Source: Candidatus Heimdallarchaeum aukensis
GTDB taxonomy: Archaea > Asgardarchaeota > Heimdallarchaeia > Heimdallarchaeales > Heimdallarchaeaceae
DNA length: 64,000 bases
Assembly: GCA_021513695.1 (NCBI GenBank)
Contig: CP084166.1
Coordinates: forward strand, 544,001 to 608,000
Direction of reading: 5' to 3'
Position numbers and translations under genes: made by a program. Numbering within the stretch: the stretch's first letter is position 1; each line of letters starts with the position of its first letter. The notes beneath the pieces are model-generated. The model was not told the origin of the DNA and made no database searches. It saw only the letters and a program-made list of their open reading frames with translations. Shown piece by piece: positions 8,618 to 18,723 of the stretch.

Positions 8618-11600
8618 TCATTCTTTTTTACCTTTTCCTGTTTTTTCCCATTCACTAAATTTATCTATTAGTTCGTCAATAGCATGTGTTATCTCTTCAG
8701 TGATTTTTTCAACAATAATTAATTTGTCATCTTCAATTCGAATAGACAAAAAAGAGCCAAGCTCAACCAACCATAATTCAAGTTCATTAAGATCTTCAAA
8801 ACCTAATTTTTCTTGTAAAGTGAATAAAGGTATTTCAGAAGTAGTGGATAAAACCTTGAAGAATTCTTTAGCTCTTTCTATTTCAACATCTCGAGAATCA
8901 AAATAGTTTATTTTTTCTTCTATTTTTTCTTTTAATTCATTGTATTGTTCTATTCCATTGCTGGATAGCTCTCCTACTGTCTCTGTGTTCATAACCCTAC
9001 TATAATTTTCTTTCCAGTTAGCTAATTTTTCGTCAAACTCTTTAAAATATAACTCACTTTCTGTTATTTTTCCTTTTAGAGAATACACAAACAGATTATC
9101 TATTTCTTTTCTTAGCTCTTCTCCTTTTTTATCTAACAATATTAAAGGATAAAGATAAATAAGATCTCGAACTTCTTGTCTCTTATTTTCTATTTCTTGT
9201 AATTCCTCTAACAAGTCTTTTCTTTCTTCATTGGTTATTTGTTTAGAAAGAATTTCAAGTTTAGATTGAAAAAAATCACGAAAACCATCTGTTATCTCTA
9301 ATAACTTTTTTACTTTCTCGTAGTTAATATTAATGTTTAAGTCTTGTTGATTAATTATTTCTTTCTCTATTTCTAAAAATTCATCAAAGGTTTGTTTTTT
9401 GTGTATCTTAATTTGATTAATGTACGCATTTAATTCTTCTTTTGAAATTTGCTCATCAATATTTTTGATTTCATAGATCTTGGAAGAAAGCAAAGCATTT
9501 CGTATATCTATTTTTTCTATCTCTTTGGCATAGATTAAGTACTCATTACTTAATTCTTTGAATTCAAAAAAGACTTTAGCTATCCTTTTATTATAGTTAT
9601 CAAGATCAATTTTTTTATAATCGTTCTTTTGCACATAGCTATTGATCTGTTGCAAATCAGAGAGCAGTTGTTGCTTCTTTTCTAATATTTTATTCAACAA
9701 TAAGATATATTCATCTGTAATTTTTCTTTCTAATTCAGTCTTAATTTGTGATAACTTTTCTATAAAATCATTAATCTCCCTTTTCACTTTTTCAAATTCA
9801 ATAATATTTTTCTTTCCAATTATAACCTTAAATAAATTAAACTTTGAGCGATAAGAACCAATAATATTATCTAATTGTTTAGCACTATTAACCCATTCTT
9901 TAAAATTATCAGGTGAATATGATTGAAGAAGATATTCATCTATTTTTTCCTTAAATTTATTAAATTCCAAAAATTGTTTATTATATTCGTTCTTCAGTTG
10001 GATGATTTTTTCTCTCTGTTTTTTCTTAATTAATAAAATAGTTGTTGTTACGCTTCCTATTACCAAAAAACTCAATAGACAGGAAAGCACAATTTTAATT
10101 TTTTTTGCTCGAGGATTGCTTAATTTATTTAATGGATCACTTCCATAAATGATTATTTCATCATAATCATTAAATTTGTCATCATCTGTGTCATTTTTTG
10201 TTGGATCTGTGTGGTAAGCATATATTTCTTCATAATCAGATAAACCATCTCCATCAGTGTCAGAATCTATGGGATCAGTTAAGAAAACTATAACTTCTTG
10301 ATAATCAGTTAAACCGTCGCTATCTGAGTCTTTCTTATAAGGAAAAGAATGAAATATTTTAACTTCTTCATAATCACTTAATTTATCATCATCAAAATCC
10401 CCATCTCTTATACATCCTCCAAAAATAACTTCATCATAATCATTAAGACCATCACCATCAGTGTCATTGAAATTAGGATTAGCCATCCACTGATATTCTT
10501 CTAAATTTGATAAGCCATCTCCATCAGAATCGGCCTTGGAGTCATCTAAATTATAGACAATTTCCCAAGCATCTTCCATTCCATCAGAATCAGAATCATT
10601 CTCGACAGATGCAACTCGCCTAGGAAAGATATCTCCAATTTTATTTCCATAAATAGAATAAAAATTGGTAGTACCATCCCAATCTTCCCATAAATTGCCA
10701 ACTAGTAAAGTAGGAGAATACCAGTAAGTGTTAGTGCCATAATCTTCATTATTATCTTGAATCTTCAAAAAAGAATTATTGAAGACTATGTTATAATCTC
10801 CTCTTTCACCAATCCTTACTCCCCCTAAACCTGTTCCACAAAAAAGGTTATTATAAATCAAACTGTTACTTACTTCGAAACCATAACTAATAGCAAAATT
10901 AGTTGAATTATAGATATTGTTATTACTAATAACAACGTTATTACATCTTTCTAAATATAATCCATCTGATGTTGCTCCATTTATCAAATTATCAGAGATT
11001 ACAATTTCACTATTACCACTTGACCATAGGCATGAAGCCCAATCATTAGTTGTTTTTTCTAAATTATTGTAAAAGATTTTTATTTTTTTATTATCTCTAA
11101 CTCCAATGCTTCCTGCTCCATTAGTTATACATGTGTTTTTTATAATTGTAACATTTGAAGATTCAGAAACTAAAATACCAAAACCAGAGTTATTGGCAGA
11201 ATAATTATTTTTTATCAAGCTATCTCCAGATTGATGTACCAACACGCCATATTGATTATAAAGAAGAGTACAATTCTCAACTATTACACCACCTGCTCTA
11301 GTTTCAGAAGAAATCCCAACTTCATAACCTTGAATAAAACAATTCCTAATTATTACGAAAGAACTAACATAACGAATAACAATACCACAAGAATTTTCTA
11401 AATACTCAGTATCACCAGTTGAAACTTCATAGTTCTCAATTATATAAGGGTCTGCTTCAGTTCCTGAACCAGGAAACCCAAACTTTACAAAGTCTTCTTC
11501 ACTATTGATTTCTATCGGTGAATGAACAATATAACGTGTTTCTTTAGCATTGTTTCTTTCGGCAATTGCTTTTTGACAAGAACTACCATGGTTTATTTGT

Positions 11601-11875
11601 CTGTAGCTTGAAGTTAAATTATGCTTATCAATTGAGCGATAATTATCATATTCTTTTCCATTCTCTGTTTTATTGTTATTAAATTTAGAAGCCTTTTCAT
11701 CTACATAATTATCTATTAGGTGAAAAGTTGGAGTAAGAAAAAGAAAAATAACTAAAGAAACAATAATTCTTTTATAGTTTGGAAATATATTGTTTAATAT
11801 TTTCATTTCTAGAACAAGTATATACATTACAATAAAAAAATAAAAGTTTTTCTTCACTATTTCTTTTCTTTTCAT
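8618..11875 (-). CDS. Receptor-like surface protein B (1085 aa). It has a signal anchor, a beta-helix domain, TSP3-like repeats (DSDGDGLSNLEEY, DTDGDGLNDYDE...), a TM helix, and a ~550-aa Lys/Glu-rich coiled-coil cytoplasmic domain with the type-2 C-terminal module (...ELIDKFSEWEKTGKGKKE).
   Basis: Paralogous to gene A in the beta-helix and TSP3 repeats. The C-terminal module matches the orphan cassette at 5349-5640. Confidence 0.8.
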   Translation of the reverse strand: MKRKEIVKKNFYFFIVMYILVLEMKILNNIFPNYKRIIVSLVIFLFLTPTFHLIDNYVDEKASKFNNNKTENGKEYDNYRSIDKHNLTSSYRQINHGSSCQKAIAERNNAKETRYIVHSPIEINSEEDFVKFGFPGSGTEADPYIIENYEVSTGDTEYLENSCGIVIRYVSSFVIIRNCFIQGYEVGISSETRAGGVIVENCTLLYNQYGVLVHQSGDSLIKNNYSANNSGFGILVSESSNVTIIKNTCITNGAGSIGVRDNKKIKIFYNNLEKTTNDWASCLWSSGNSEIVISDNLINGATSDGLYLERCNNVVISNNNIYNSTNFAISYGFEVSNSLIYNNLFCGTGLGGVRIGERGDYNIVFNNSFLKIQDNNEDYGTNTYWYSPTLLVGNLWEDWDGTTNFYSIYGNKIGDIFPRRVASVENDSDSDGMEDAWEIVYNLDDSKADSDGDGLSNLEEYQWMANPNFNDTDGDGLNDYDEVIFGGCIRDGDFDDDKLSDYEEVKIFHSFPYKKDSDSDGLTDYQEVIVFLTDPIDSDTDGDGLSDYEEIYAYHTDPTKNDTDDDKFNDYDEIIIYGSDPLNKLSNPRAKKIKIVLSCLLSFLVIGSVTTTILLIKKKQREKIIQLKNEYNKQFLEFNKFKEKIDEYLLQSYSPDNFKEWVNSAKQLDNIIGSYRSKFNLFKVIIGKKNIIEFEKVKREINDFIEKLSQIKTELERKITDEYILLLNKILEKKQQLLSDLQQINSYVQKNDYKKIDLDNYNKRIAKVFFEFKELSNEYLIYAKEIEKIDIRNALLSSKIYEIKNIDEQISKEELNAYINQIKIHKKQTFDEFLEIEKEIINQQDLNININYEKVKKLLEITDGFRDFFQSKLEILSKQITNEERKDLLEELQEIENKRQEVRDLIYLYPLILLDKKGEELRKEIDNLFVYSLKGKITESELYFKEFDEKLANWKENYSRVMNTETVGELSSNGIEQYNELKEKIEEKINYFDSRDVEIERAKEFFKVLSTTSEIPLFTLQEKLGFEDLNELELWLVELGSFLSIRIEDDKLIIVEKITEEITHAIDELIDKFSEWEKTGKGKKE

Positions 11876-12044
11876 TATTTCATTTTAAAGTAGTTTATTT
11901 ATCAAGTTCAACTTGCATAAAAGAATACAAATAAAACTAATACGAAAAATCGATGAAAAACATAAGATTCACAGAATGGATAAAATAAGACAGAAAAAAA
12001 ATATAATATTTCATATTTTTTTCTAAAAACTAAAATTAGTGAAA

Positions 12045-14030
12045 TTACTTCTTTTTCCCCTTTCCTGTACGCTCCCACTCACTAAACTGTTTAAGCAGAT
12101 CATCTATAGCTTCAGTCATATCTTCTGCCACGAACTCACCCTCAAGTTGTATATCGAACATTACTTCTTCTCCTTCTATCTGATTTGGTAAATCTTTAGA
12201 ATAAGCATATAACCATAGTTTCAAGACCTCTTTGTCTTCAAAGTCTAACAAAGGAGAAAGCTTGGTTAAACTTATTTTATTATAAACAGAACTAACTTTC
12301 TTAAGTCTTTCAAGTCTCATATTATTATTCTCACTATCATTAAATATTTTAGCTAACTCACCTAATAATTGTTCATTTTGTTCTAATAGTTCTTGGACAA
12401 TAACCAATTTTTCAGTAGCTAAATCTTTAATATCAGACCAGAAAGAGTCAGAAGAAGCAAATTTAGTAAAAGCTTTATGATCAATAAAAGCTACAATGTA
12501 ATTTAGGGTTGATAATATCTCTTCATAGCTGATAATTAGAGGTTTGAACTCCTTATCAGACCAATTATAGACAATGTTAGTTAACATTTCTTTAGTGTAA
12601 TCAAACAAATTTTTATAATCAATAAATTCAATTAATGAAACTACTTTATCATGAAGAGAGGAGCTGATAAAAGAGGTTATTTTTTCAAAAATCTTGTTAA
12701 ATTGTTCTTGTTTATTAGTTTTTAATCTTTTGCTGTTAGAATGAACAAAAATTAACTTTTCAAGAAGATTACCTAACTTTTCAAAATAGTCTTTTATCTC
12801 CTCTGCAGAAGAAACGAAAGAAATTAATGAAGAAATTTCTGTAAAAGTTTCCTTATACTTTCCATCTAATTCAGATTGTAAATGAATTACTTTTTCAAAT
12901 TTTTCCTTTACTTTTATTCGCATTATTAATACATGAATGGAGAATGTTACAAGAATAACAAATATAGGAAGTATAGCAAAATAACCTATTTTTTCTACTT
13001 GAGACAAATAAATATTCTTTTTTACAGGATTTTTTCCATTTTCTACTTCCCAACCGTCAAGCATACCATCTCCATCAGTGTCATTGTCCAAGGGGTCAGT
13101 AGAATAGATATGAACTTCTTGACCATCAGTCAGTCCATCTCCGTCACTGTCACTGTCCAAGGGGTCGGTATTGTAAGTATTTATCTCTTCATAGTCATCA
13201 AGTCCATCGTCGTCTGTGTCATTATCTATGGGGTTAGTACCTATTTGATACTCTTCTAAATTGGTCAAACCATCATTATCAAAATCCTCTGTAGAGTCAT
13301 CAATATTTGTGTCCAAGCCATTATCTTCTTCCCATTTGACGGGTATATTATCCTGGTCTAGATCCACATACATAGGATAAGGATCAAAGTTATTAGCGGA
13401 ACCATCTATTGGATATACTCCTGTTCCATTCCAGTCATACCAATAGTTCCCTGTTGACCCAGAATAAAACTTATTGTTTGTTCCCTCATCATACGCTTGT
13501 GAAGAACCACCTAAATTATTTTTAATTATGATGTTTTCCATAAAACTATTATTAGAGTATAACGGAGTCTTATACCATAAGAATTACTATTAGCTATAGT
13601 TTTAGAGCTAAAAATATTGTAAGAACTATTAAGAATATATACACCAATATAGCTACTGTTTGCTATGGTGTTAGAGGTAAAAATGTTATAAAAACTATAG
13701 CCTAGTTATATATTGTAGATACCACCATTTGTTATAATATTATTTATAAAAATATTATTAGAACTAGAACCGAGACTAATACAACACCAATCATTATTTA
13801 TAATTGTATTAAAAATAAAGTTGTTATTAGAACTATAACCTATTCGTATACCGTAATAACTAACAGTAATATTATTGAAAAAGAATGTGTTATTAGAGCT
13901 ATATTGAAGATTTATACCACTGGTAATTATATTTGTTATTTTATTAGAAATAAATGTATTATTAAAACTAGTTTCAATCCAAATACCATAATTCTTATTA
14001 TTTCTTTAGTACCAACAATAAGTTGACCGA
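12045..14030 (-). pseudogene. Degraded third paralog C of the receptor-like family. The annotated 498-aa ORF (12045-13541) retains the TSP3 repeats, TM helix and A-type C-terminal module, but the upstream beta-helix region (13541-14030) is broken by a frameshift and a stop codon, and the signal-peptide end is lost.
   Basis: Reverse-strand translation of 13541-14030 gives beta-helix repeats (YGIWIETSFNNTFISNKITN...) interrupted by TAA and a frame change. The ORF begins in the middle of the domain ([20 protein letters not shown], which matches [17 protein letters not shown] of gene A). Confidence 0.65.
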
Positions 14031-14272
14031 TTTCTATAGGTTAAAATTATAGAAGTCCATACTATCATTGTCGTGTTTCCAACACAAAGTTTTTACGATA
14101 ATTCGGAAGTACTATATTTCTTATAAAAAAATATAAAGTTGCAAAAAAACAAATTTACAAATTTTCCAACTACAACCATTATTCAATGTTAATGTTTTGA
14201 ATTCAATAATTATTCTCCTCTGTTGCCTTTTTTGGTTTATTGCAATCTTCTTTGTTGTTCTTTATTTCCTCT

Positions 14273-15061
14273 TCAAAGGTTGTTTAATAATTTGTTTAGA
14301 GTTAATCTAATTTCTGAACGAGTTTTATTATCAGGAATAAGAAAAGAGACTTTTACTCCATTACTTTTATTATAAAACATATCTGCTACTTCACGTAAAT
14401 TATTCTTAATTTCAATTAATTCCTCAGGAATTGGACTACTTTTAGGCAATTGTTCTACTTTTGCTTGATAAATGTCAAATAATACCGAATACAATATTTC
14501 GGTAGTAAAATAATATTTTTCATAATGAGAGTTTTTCCAATCCTCTTCTTTTAGATTTTTTTCTTTTATATGTTTGATTCCTTTATATTTTTTCCCACTC
14601 GCTAGCTCTTCAAGATAATAATGAGATTTTGCATGTTTTAAATACTTACCCTTGATAGGTGATTCTTTTTTAAATTCAGTAACATCAAGATGAAACGAGT
14701 ACGTAACTTTTTTCTCTGTATCATACTTTATAGGCCTTTCTAATAAAGAATAAAATATTACAAAAATTAATTTCGCTAATAATTTTGTATCACAGTCATT
14801 CTCATTTATTTCCTGTTCTATTCGCTCAAAAACTCCAAATCTTTCTAGTAGATAGATTTTATCTTCATTATTGAACAAAAATGTAACTAATTCTAAAATT
14901 ATATACTCTTTGTCATCACTATCAGAAGAAAAAGTGAAAAGATCTTTAAACTCATCAAAAACCTTTAGACGAAAGAGATAATCAAGATCACTGTTCTTAG
15001 CTGCGTATTTAACTGTTTCAAAGTAAAACATATTTATTATCACAAAACCAACAATGTTCAC
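14273..15061 (-). CDS. Hypothetical protein (262 aa). It abuts the transposase gene on the same strand and may be an IS passenger.
   Basis: Its start codon directly follows the transposase stop codon. No recognisable domain. Confidence 0.45.
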   Translation of the reverse strand: MNIVGFVIINMFYFETVKYAAKNSDLDYLFRLKVFDEFKDLFTFSSDSDDKEYIILELVTFLFNNEDKIYLLERFGVFERIEQEINENDCDTKLLAKLIFVIFYSLLERPIKYDTEKKVTYSFHLDVTEFKKESPIKGKYLKHAKSHYYLEELASGKKYKGIKHIKEKNLKEEDWKNSHYEKYYFTTEILYSVLFDIYQAKVEQLPKSSPIPEELIEIKNNLREVADMFYNKSNGVKVSFLIPDNKTRSEIRLTLNKLLNNL

Positions 15062-16000
15062 TCAATAGACCTGGGTTACACTTTTGGGTACTAGAGAAAC
15101 ATAGGGGTGATTCATAAATTTTTCTCCAGGAGTAAGGAGGTTAAGAGACTGGTGAGGACGGCTAAAATTGTAGTATGAGCGGTAGAAGGAGAGGTCGGAG
15201 TTACAGTAGGTTAGTCCTAGTCTTTTCATCTCACGGATAATGGTTCCATGTAGTCTTTCTACTTTTCCACATGTTTCGGGGTGAAAAACTCTAGATCTTA
15301 TGTGCTTTATTCCCTCTGTTTGACACCAACGGGAGAAGGTACTTGTTCCCCCTCTAACGGAGTAGAATAGTGCTCCATTGTCTGTGAGAATAGACTCGGG
15401 GTATCCATATTTTTCTACTGCTTCTTCTAACAGACTTATTATCTGCTCTTTTTTCGGTGCGAAAGGGTGGAGTTTAGCTCCCAGGCAGAATCGTGAGTGG
15501 TCGTCTATTAGAGTTATGAGATAAAGGTGTTGTCCTTGTTCTTCTACCCAGAAAGGTCCTTTCACATCTATCTGCCAGAGTTCGTTAGGGGATGAGCGCT
15601 CAAAACTCTTGTATTGAGTAATGTTTCTCTTTTTTCTATTACTCCACAGAGGAAGACCTAACTCCCCTATTACTTTAACTACTGTGTTTCGCGATAGTGC
15701 TCTTCCTTCTTTCTTCAACAGATAAACTATCTTCTCCACGTTCATTCCTTGCTTTACTCTTAACTCCCTTATCCTCTCTCTTAACTCCTCATTCACTTTC
15801 CTGTGTATAGTTTTAGGTCTAGATGATCTATCCTTCCACCATTCTCCTTCAGGGTTCTCCTTAAACCTTTTCAACCACTTATATACAAACTTCCTACTCA
15901 CCATATACCTGTGAGCTACCTCTTTTATCTTCTCTCCTTCCAAAGCTTTTTTAACCACAATCTTTCTTAGTCTCTCTAGGTTACGTTTGGGTTTGTTCAT
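15062..16000 (-). CDS. IS481-family-like transposase (N-terminal HTH plus rve/DDE integrase core)
   Basis: 312 aa with a WQIDVKG...LITLIDDHSRF...LTDNGALF...SRPHQSLN rve-type integrase-core signature. Element ends were not confidently defined (only an 8-bp gggttac-type match near 15073 and 16020). Confidence 0.75.
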   Translation of the reverse strand: MNKPKRNLERLRKIVVKKALEGEKIKEVAHRYMVSRKFVYKWLKRFKENPEGEWWKDRSSRPKTIHRKVNEELRERIRELRVKQGMNVEKIVYLLKKEGRALSRNTVVKVIGELGLPLWSNRKKRNITQYKSFERSSPNELWQIDVKGPFWVEEQGQHLYLITLIDDHSRFCLGAKLHPFAPKKEQIISLLEEAVEKYGYPESILTDNGALFYSVRGGTSTFSRWCQTEGIKHIRSRVFHPETCGKVERLHGTIIREMKRLGLTYCNSDLSFYRSYYNFSRPHQSLNLLTPGEKFMNHPYVSLVPKSVTQVY

Positions 16001-16034
16001 AATTCGTCACTTACCCTCGTAACCCACTTTCTAT

Positions 16035-16826
16035 TTATTTGTTACCAACGTGGGTAGAGTAAACAATCACAAAACCAACAAAGAAAGAAATAATAAATAT
16101 TAAAAAAATTGTTTCACCATCTGCAAAATTGGTGATAAAAGCATAACTGATACAAAATATCAAACTAAGAATATTTATTCCAATTTTGTAGTCATCTCCT
16201 AAAATCTGTAAATCTAAAGGTTTGTTTGCTACTTCCAAGTCTGAAACCTTGAAAAAACTTTGTAACAAAATAATGAAATATAACACATATACACCATTAT
16301 AAAACCAAGCAAACTTTGTTATTTTACTGGAACTTGCTCCTATTACAGCAGTAATATATTTTGGATCAAGAAATGATAAGAAAAAAGGAATTGCTATAAA
16401 AAATAACGAAAGGGGAAAATAATAGATTAAGATTAAAGCTCTATTATAAAGCGATATTTTTGATTTAACAATGCTATACGAAAGAAGATAGTTTTTTATT
16501 TTCTTTAGATATTCTCCGTCAATATTATTTTCTCTTTGCTCTCTTGTTTCAATATCCTTCTTAATCTCATTAATAGTTTTTTTAGTTGATACCAAGTATT
16601 TTACAATTCTTATTAAGAAAACAATTAAAAGTAAGGTCACAACCAAATTGATAATAAAAAATGTAGTAATTAAAAATGTAGAAAAACTCTTTTGAGACGC
16701 GAAAATGGAATACTTTATGCTGAAGAAAGAATTGACTAAAAAAGCAGTAAAAAGAATAACTACGATATTAGTGACTATATATGGTTTTATCTTTAAATAG
16801 TACCTTTCTAACAAGGTACTATACAT
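16035..16826 (-). CDS. Polytopic membrane protein of unknown function (263 aa), lying between two insertion sequences
   Basis: Multiple hydrophobic helices and no recognisable motif. Confidence 0.45.
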   Translation of the reverse strand: MYSTLLERYYLKIKPYIVTNIVVILFTAFLVNSFFSIKYSIFASQKSFSTFLITTFFIINLVVTLLLIVFLIRIVKYLVSTKKTINEIKKDIETREQRENNIDGEYLKKIKNYLLSYSIVKSKISLYNRALILIYYFPLSLFFIAIPFFLSFLDPKYITAVIGASSSKITKFAWFYNGVYVLYFIILLQSFFKVSDLEVANKPLDLQILGDDYKIGINILSLIFCISYAFITNFADGETIFLIFIISFFVGFVIVYSTHVGNK

Positions 16827-16875
16827 AAATAATTTTCTCGCTTAATTATTTTTAAACTTTTAGTGATTAAAAATC

Positions 16876-17651
16876 GGTAGTGTCTAGTTTTCTTCCGACA
16901 AAAATATTTGTGGGGACTCTAATAGTACGATATGAACATTCAAAAACTATCTACTCTTTTTAAGAGATGCAGAGTCCCCAAAAAGATAATAATAAAAGCT
17001 ATTTATGAATATATTGGTTCAAAGAATGGTTTGAGGACATAGCATTGAAGAATGGTTTAACACACCAAACATTATGGTATTGGGTAAAGAAGTTCAGGCT
17101 CTTTAGGGAAAGTTTACATAGAATTGTAGCAGAGAGAGGGGAATACCTGAGATTATAGTAGTAGATGAAACAGAGATTAAGACCTCTCAAGGCTCAATGT
17201 ATCTGTGGTTCGCATTAGATCCTTCCTTACAACAAGACTTTACTGGGTTTTAGTATTACTAAGGGACGGAGTAATCTTGAATGTTTACTAACTTTCCGTT
17301 ATTGGTTCTGGTTCAAATGTTGGTATGGGGTTTTAAGCCTCGTATTGTCGTTACAGATGCAGGGGTATGGTATCCTGTCTTACTTCGTCTCGGTATCAAA
17401 ATCTCCGTTATCAAAGGTGGTTTACGCTCCTATATTGAACTTTTTAATGCCACCCTTAAGAGTTATCGTTGGTTTCATTCTATTCTCCACTGCACTTGTC
17501 CTATCCGTGCTGTCTATGGCTCTACTCATCTTTCTGGTTTCCTTACTCTCTTTATGTTCTATTATAATTTTATTCGTCCTCATCAGAGTTTAGGACATCC
17601 TCCCCTTAGTTCCTTTTTACCTAGGAGGCGGTATAAAAACTAGACACTACC
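16876..17651 (+). mobile_element. IS6-family insertion sequence, copy 1. It is degenerate, with 16-bp terminal inverted repeats GGTAGTGTCTAGTTTT / AAAACTAGACACTACC and a perfect 9-bp direct repeat TTAAAAATC on both flanks (16867-16875 and 17652-17660).
   Basis: Aligned by eye to the intact copy at 40093-40854 at roughly 90-95% identity, with small indels. The inverted repeats and target-site duplication are read directly from the sequence. Confidence 0.85.
16929..17643 (+). pseudogene. Frameshifted IS6-family transposase gene (fragments include the ORF at 17281-17643)
   Basis: Homologous to the 232-aa transposase at 40149-40847 but carries a stop codon (ggacatagcattgaag) and indels. Confidence 0.8.
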
Positions 17652-17712
17652 TTAAAAATCAACATTAATGCTTGTAAATAGAGAAAAAAAGAAAAAATAT
17701 GTAAGTCGTCAT

Positions 17713-18723
17713 TTATTGTTTCTTTCTTGCCATTAATTGTGTAGAAATACAAATAAAGAAAATAAGTAATATGTATATGTTTAGAAAAGAAGTTTTCGCA
17801 GTATCATCTCCATAATTGTTTATTCCTAAATAGTTTTCATTCTTCCATCCAGCTAAAGTCGCCCAAAACCACCAAGCAGAATAAGCTTTAAGATTAGCAT
17901 TTAAAGGTTGGGAATGAGCTGAAGCACAATTATACCATTCTATTCCTTCTTCATGTTTATTTTGCCATTCAATAGCCCAATTACCTGAATGTGTTCCATT
18001 ATTCCAACTACAATCATCACTTACATTTTTGTCTCCATAATAGTTTCCATCGGGATCATAAGATTCTATATCTGCAAAGTCATATAGTACTTTATTATTC
18101 TCTTTGCAGAATTCTCTTATTTGCTCGTTCCTTTGATGTAAGTTTCCTTCTAAACCTGTTCCATCAGTGTGACCAGTCATATAGACAAAAATCACGTCAG
18201 GAAACTCTTGTTCGAGAATACTCATAGGTGTTAGATAGTGGTTAACTAGTTCTTCTTCCGACATCCAGCTCAGTTGACCACACCAACTCCACATTATGAC
18301 ATTCACATCTTTATTGTTCATATCTTGTAAAAAGGCTCTTGTAGCATTAGACCATTGAGAATAACCTGCATCAGCTGCTTGACTTGGATCAGGAGCATAG
18401 CTTGCTATAGTATTATCTTCTAGAAAAGAGGAATTGTAAGAAAAGAGTCCTTGAGTTCCTCCATTTGCTTCCTTAAAGGAAGGCAAATCAGACATACCTG
18501 TAATAATTTGCGAACCGTGACTGGTGTGCTGATAAGCTATGTGCAATTTATTCTTTGCTTCAATAATTGCTTCATCTGGAATTTGGTTCAATCTAACTAG
18601 ATTAGCTATTGAATGATCAGCTATTATTTGTGCAGTGTTTGTACTGCCAGAAACAAAATTTCCAGTTCTAACAATAAATGGAAGCAAATTAATAAAGCAT
18701 GTCCAAAAATTCTTTTTCACCAA
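17713..18723 (-). CDS. Secreted hypothetical protein (336 aa) with a C-terminal TM anchor. Its start codon and first ~9 codons lie inside the inverted repeat of the adjacent IS5-like element.
   Basis: N-terminal hydrophobic segment, Trp/Asn-rich soluble domain and C-terminal hydrophobic tail. atggtgaaaaagaatttttggacatgc is the inverted-repeat sequence. Confidence 0.45.
   Translation of the reverse strand: MVKKNFWTCFINLLPFIVRTGNFVSGSTNTAQIIADHSIANLVRLNQIPDEAIIEAKNKLHIAYQHTSHGSQIITGMSDLPSFKEANGGTQGLFSYNSSFLEDNTIASYAPDPSQAADAGYSQWSNATRAFLQDMNNKDVNVIMWSWCGQLSWMSEEELVNHYLTPMSILEQEFPDVIFVYMTGHTDGTGLEGNLHQRNEQIREFCKENNKVLYDFADIESYDPDGNYYGDKNVSDDCSWNNGTHSGNWAIEWQNKHEEGIEWYNCASAHSQPLNANLKAYSAWWFWATLAGWKNENYLGINNYGDDTAKTSFLNIYILLIFFICISTQLMARKKQ

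Noticed and set aside
8577-8906. 109-aa + strand ORF
   Set aside because: It lies antisense to the conserved 3' end of receptor gene B and has a low-complexity Ser/Phe-rich translation, so it is a spurious reading frame.
12933-13259. 108-aa + strand ORF
   Set aside because: It is antisense to the TSP3-repeat region of pseudogene C. Repeat-driven open frames are expected there.
16001-16034. Possible IS481 terminal inverted repeat (gtaacccac / gtgggtag)
   Set aside because: Only a ~8-bp match with the putative left end near 15073. This is too weak to define element boundaries.
17345-17593. 82-aa + strand ORF inside IS6 copy 1
   Set aside because: It is an alternate frame of the degraded transposase gene.
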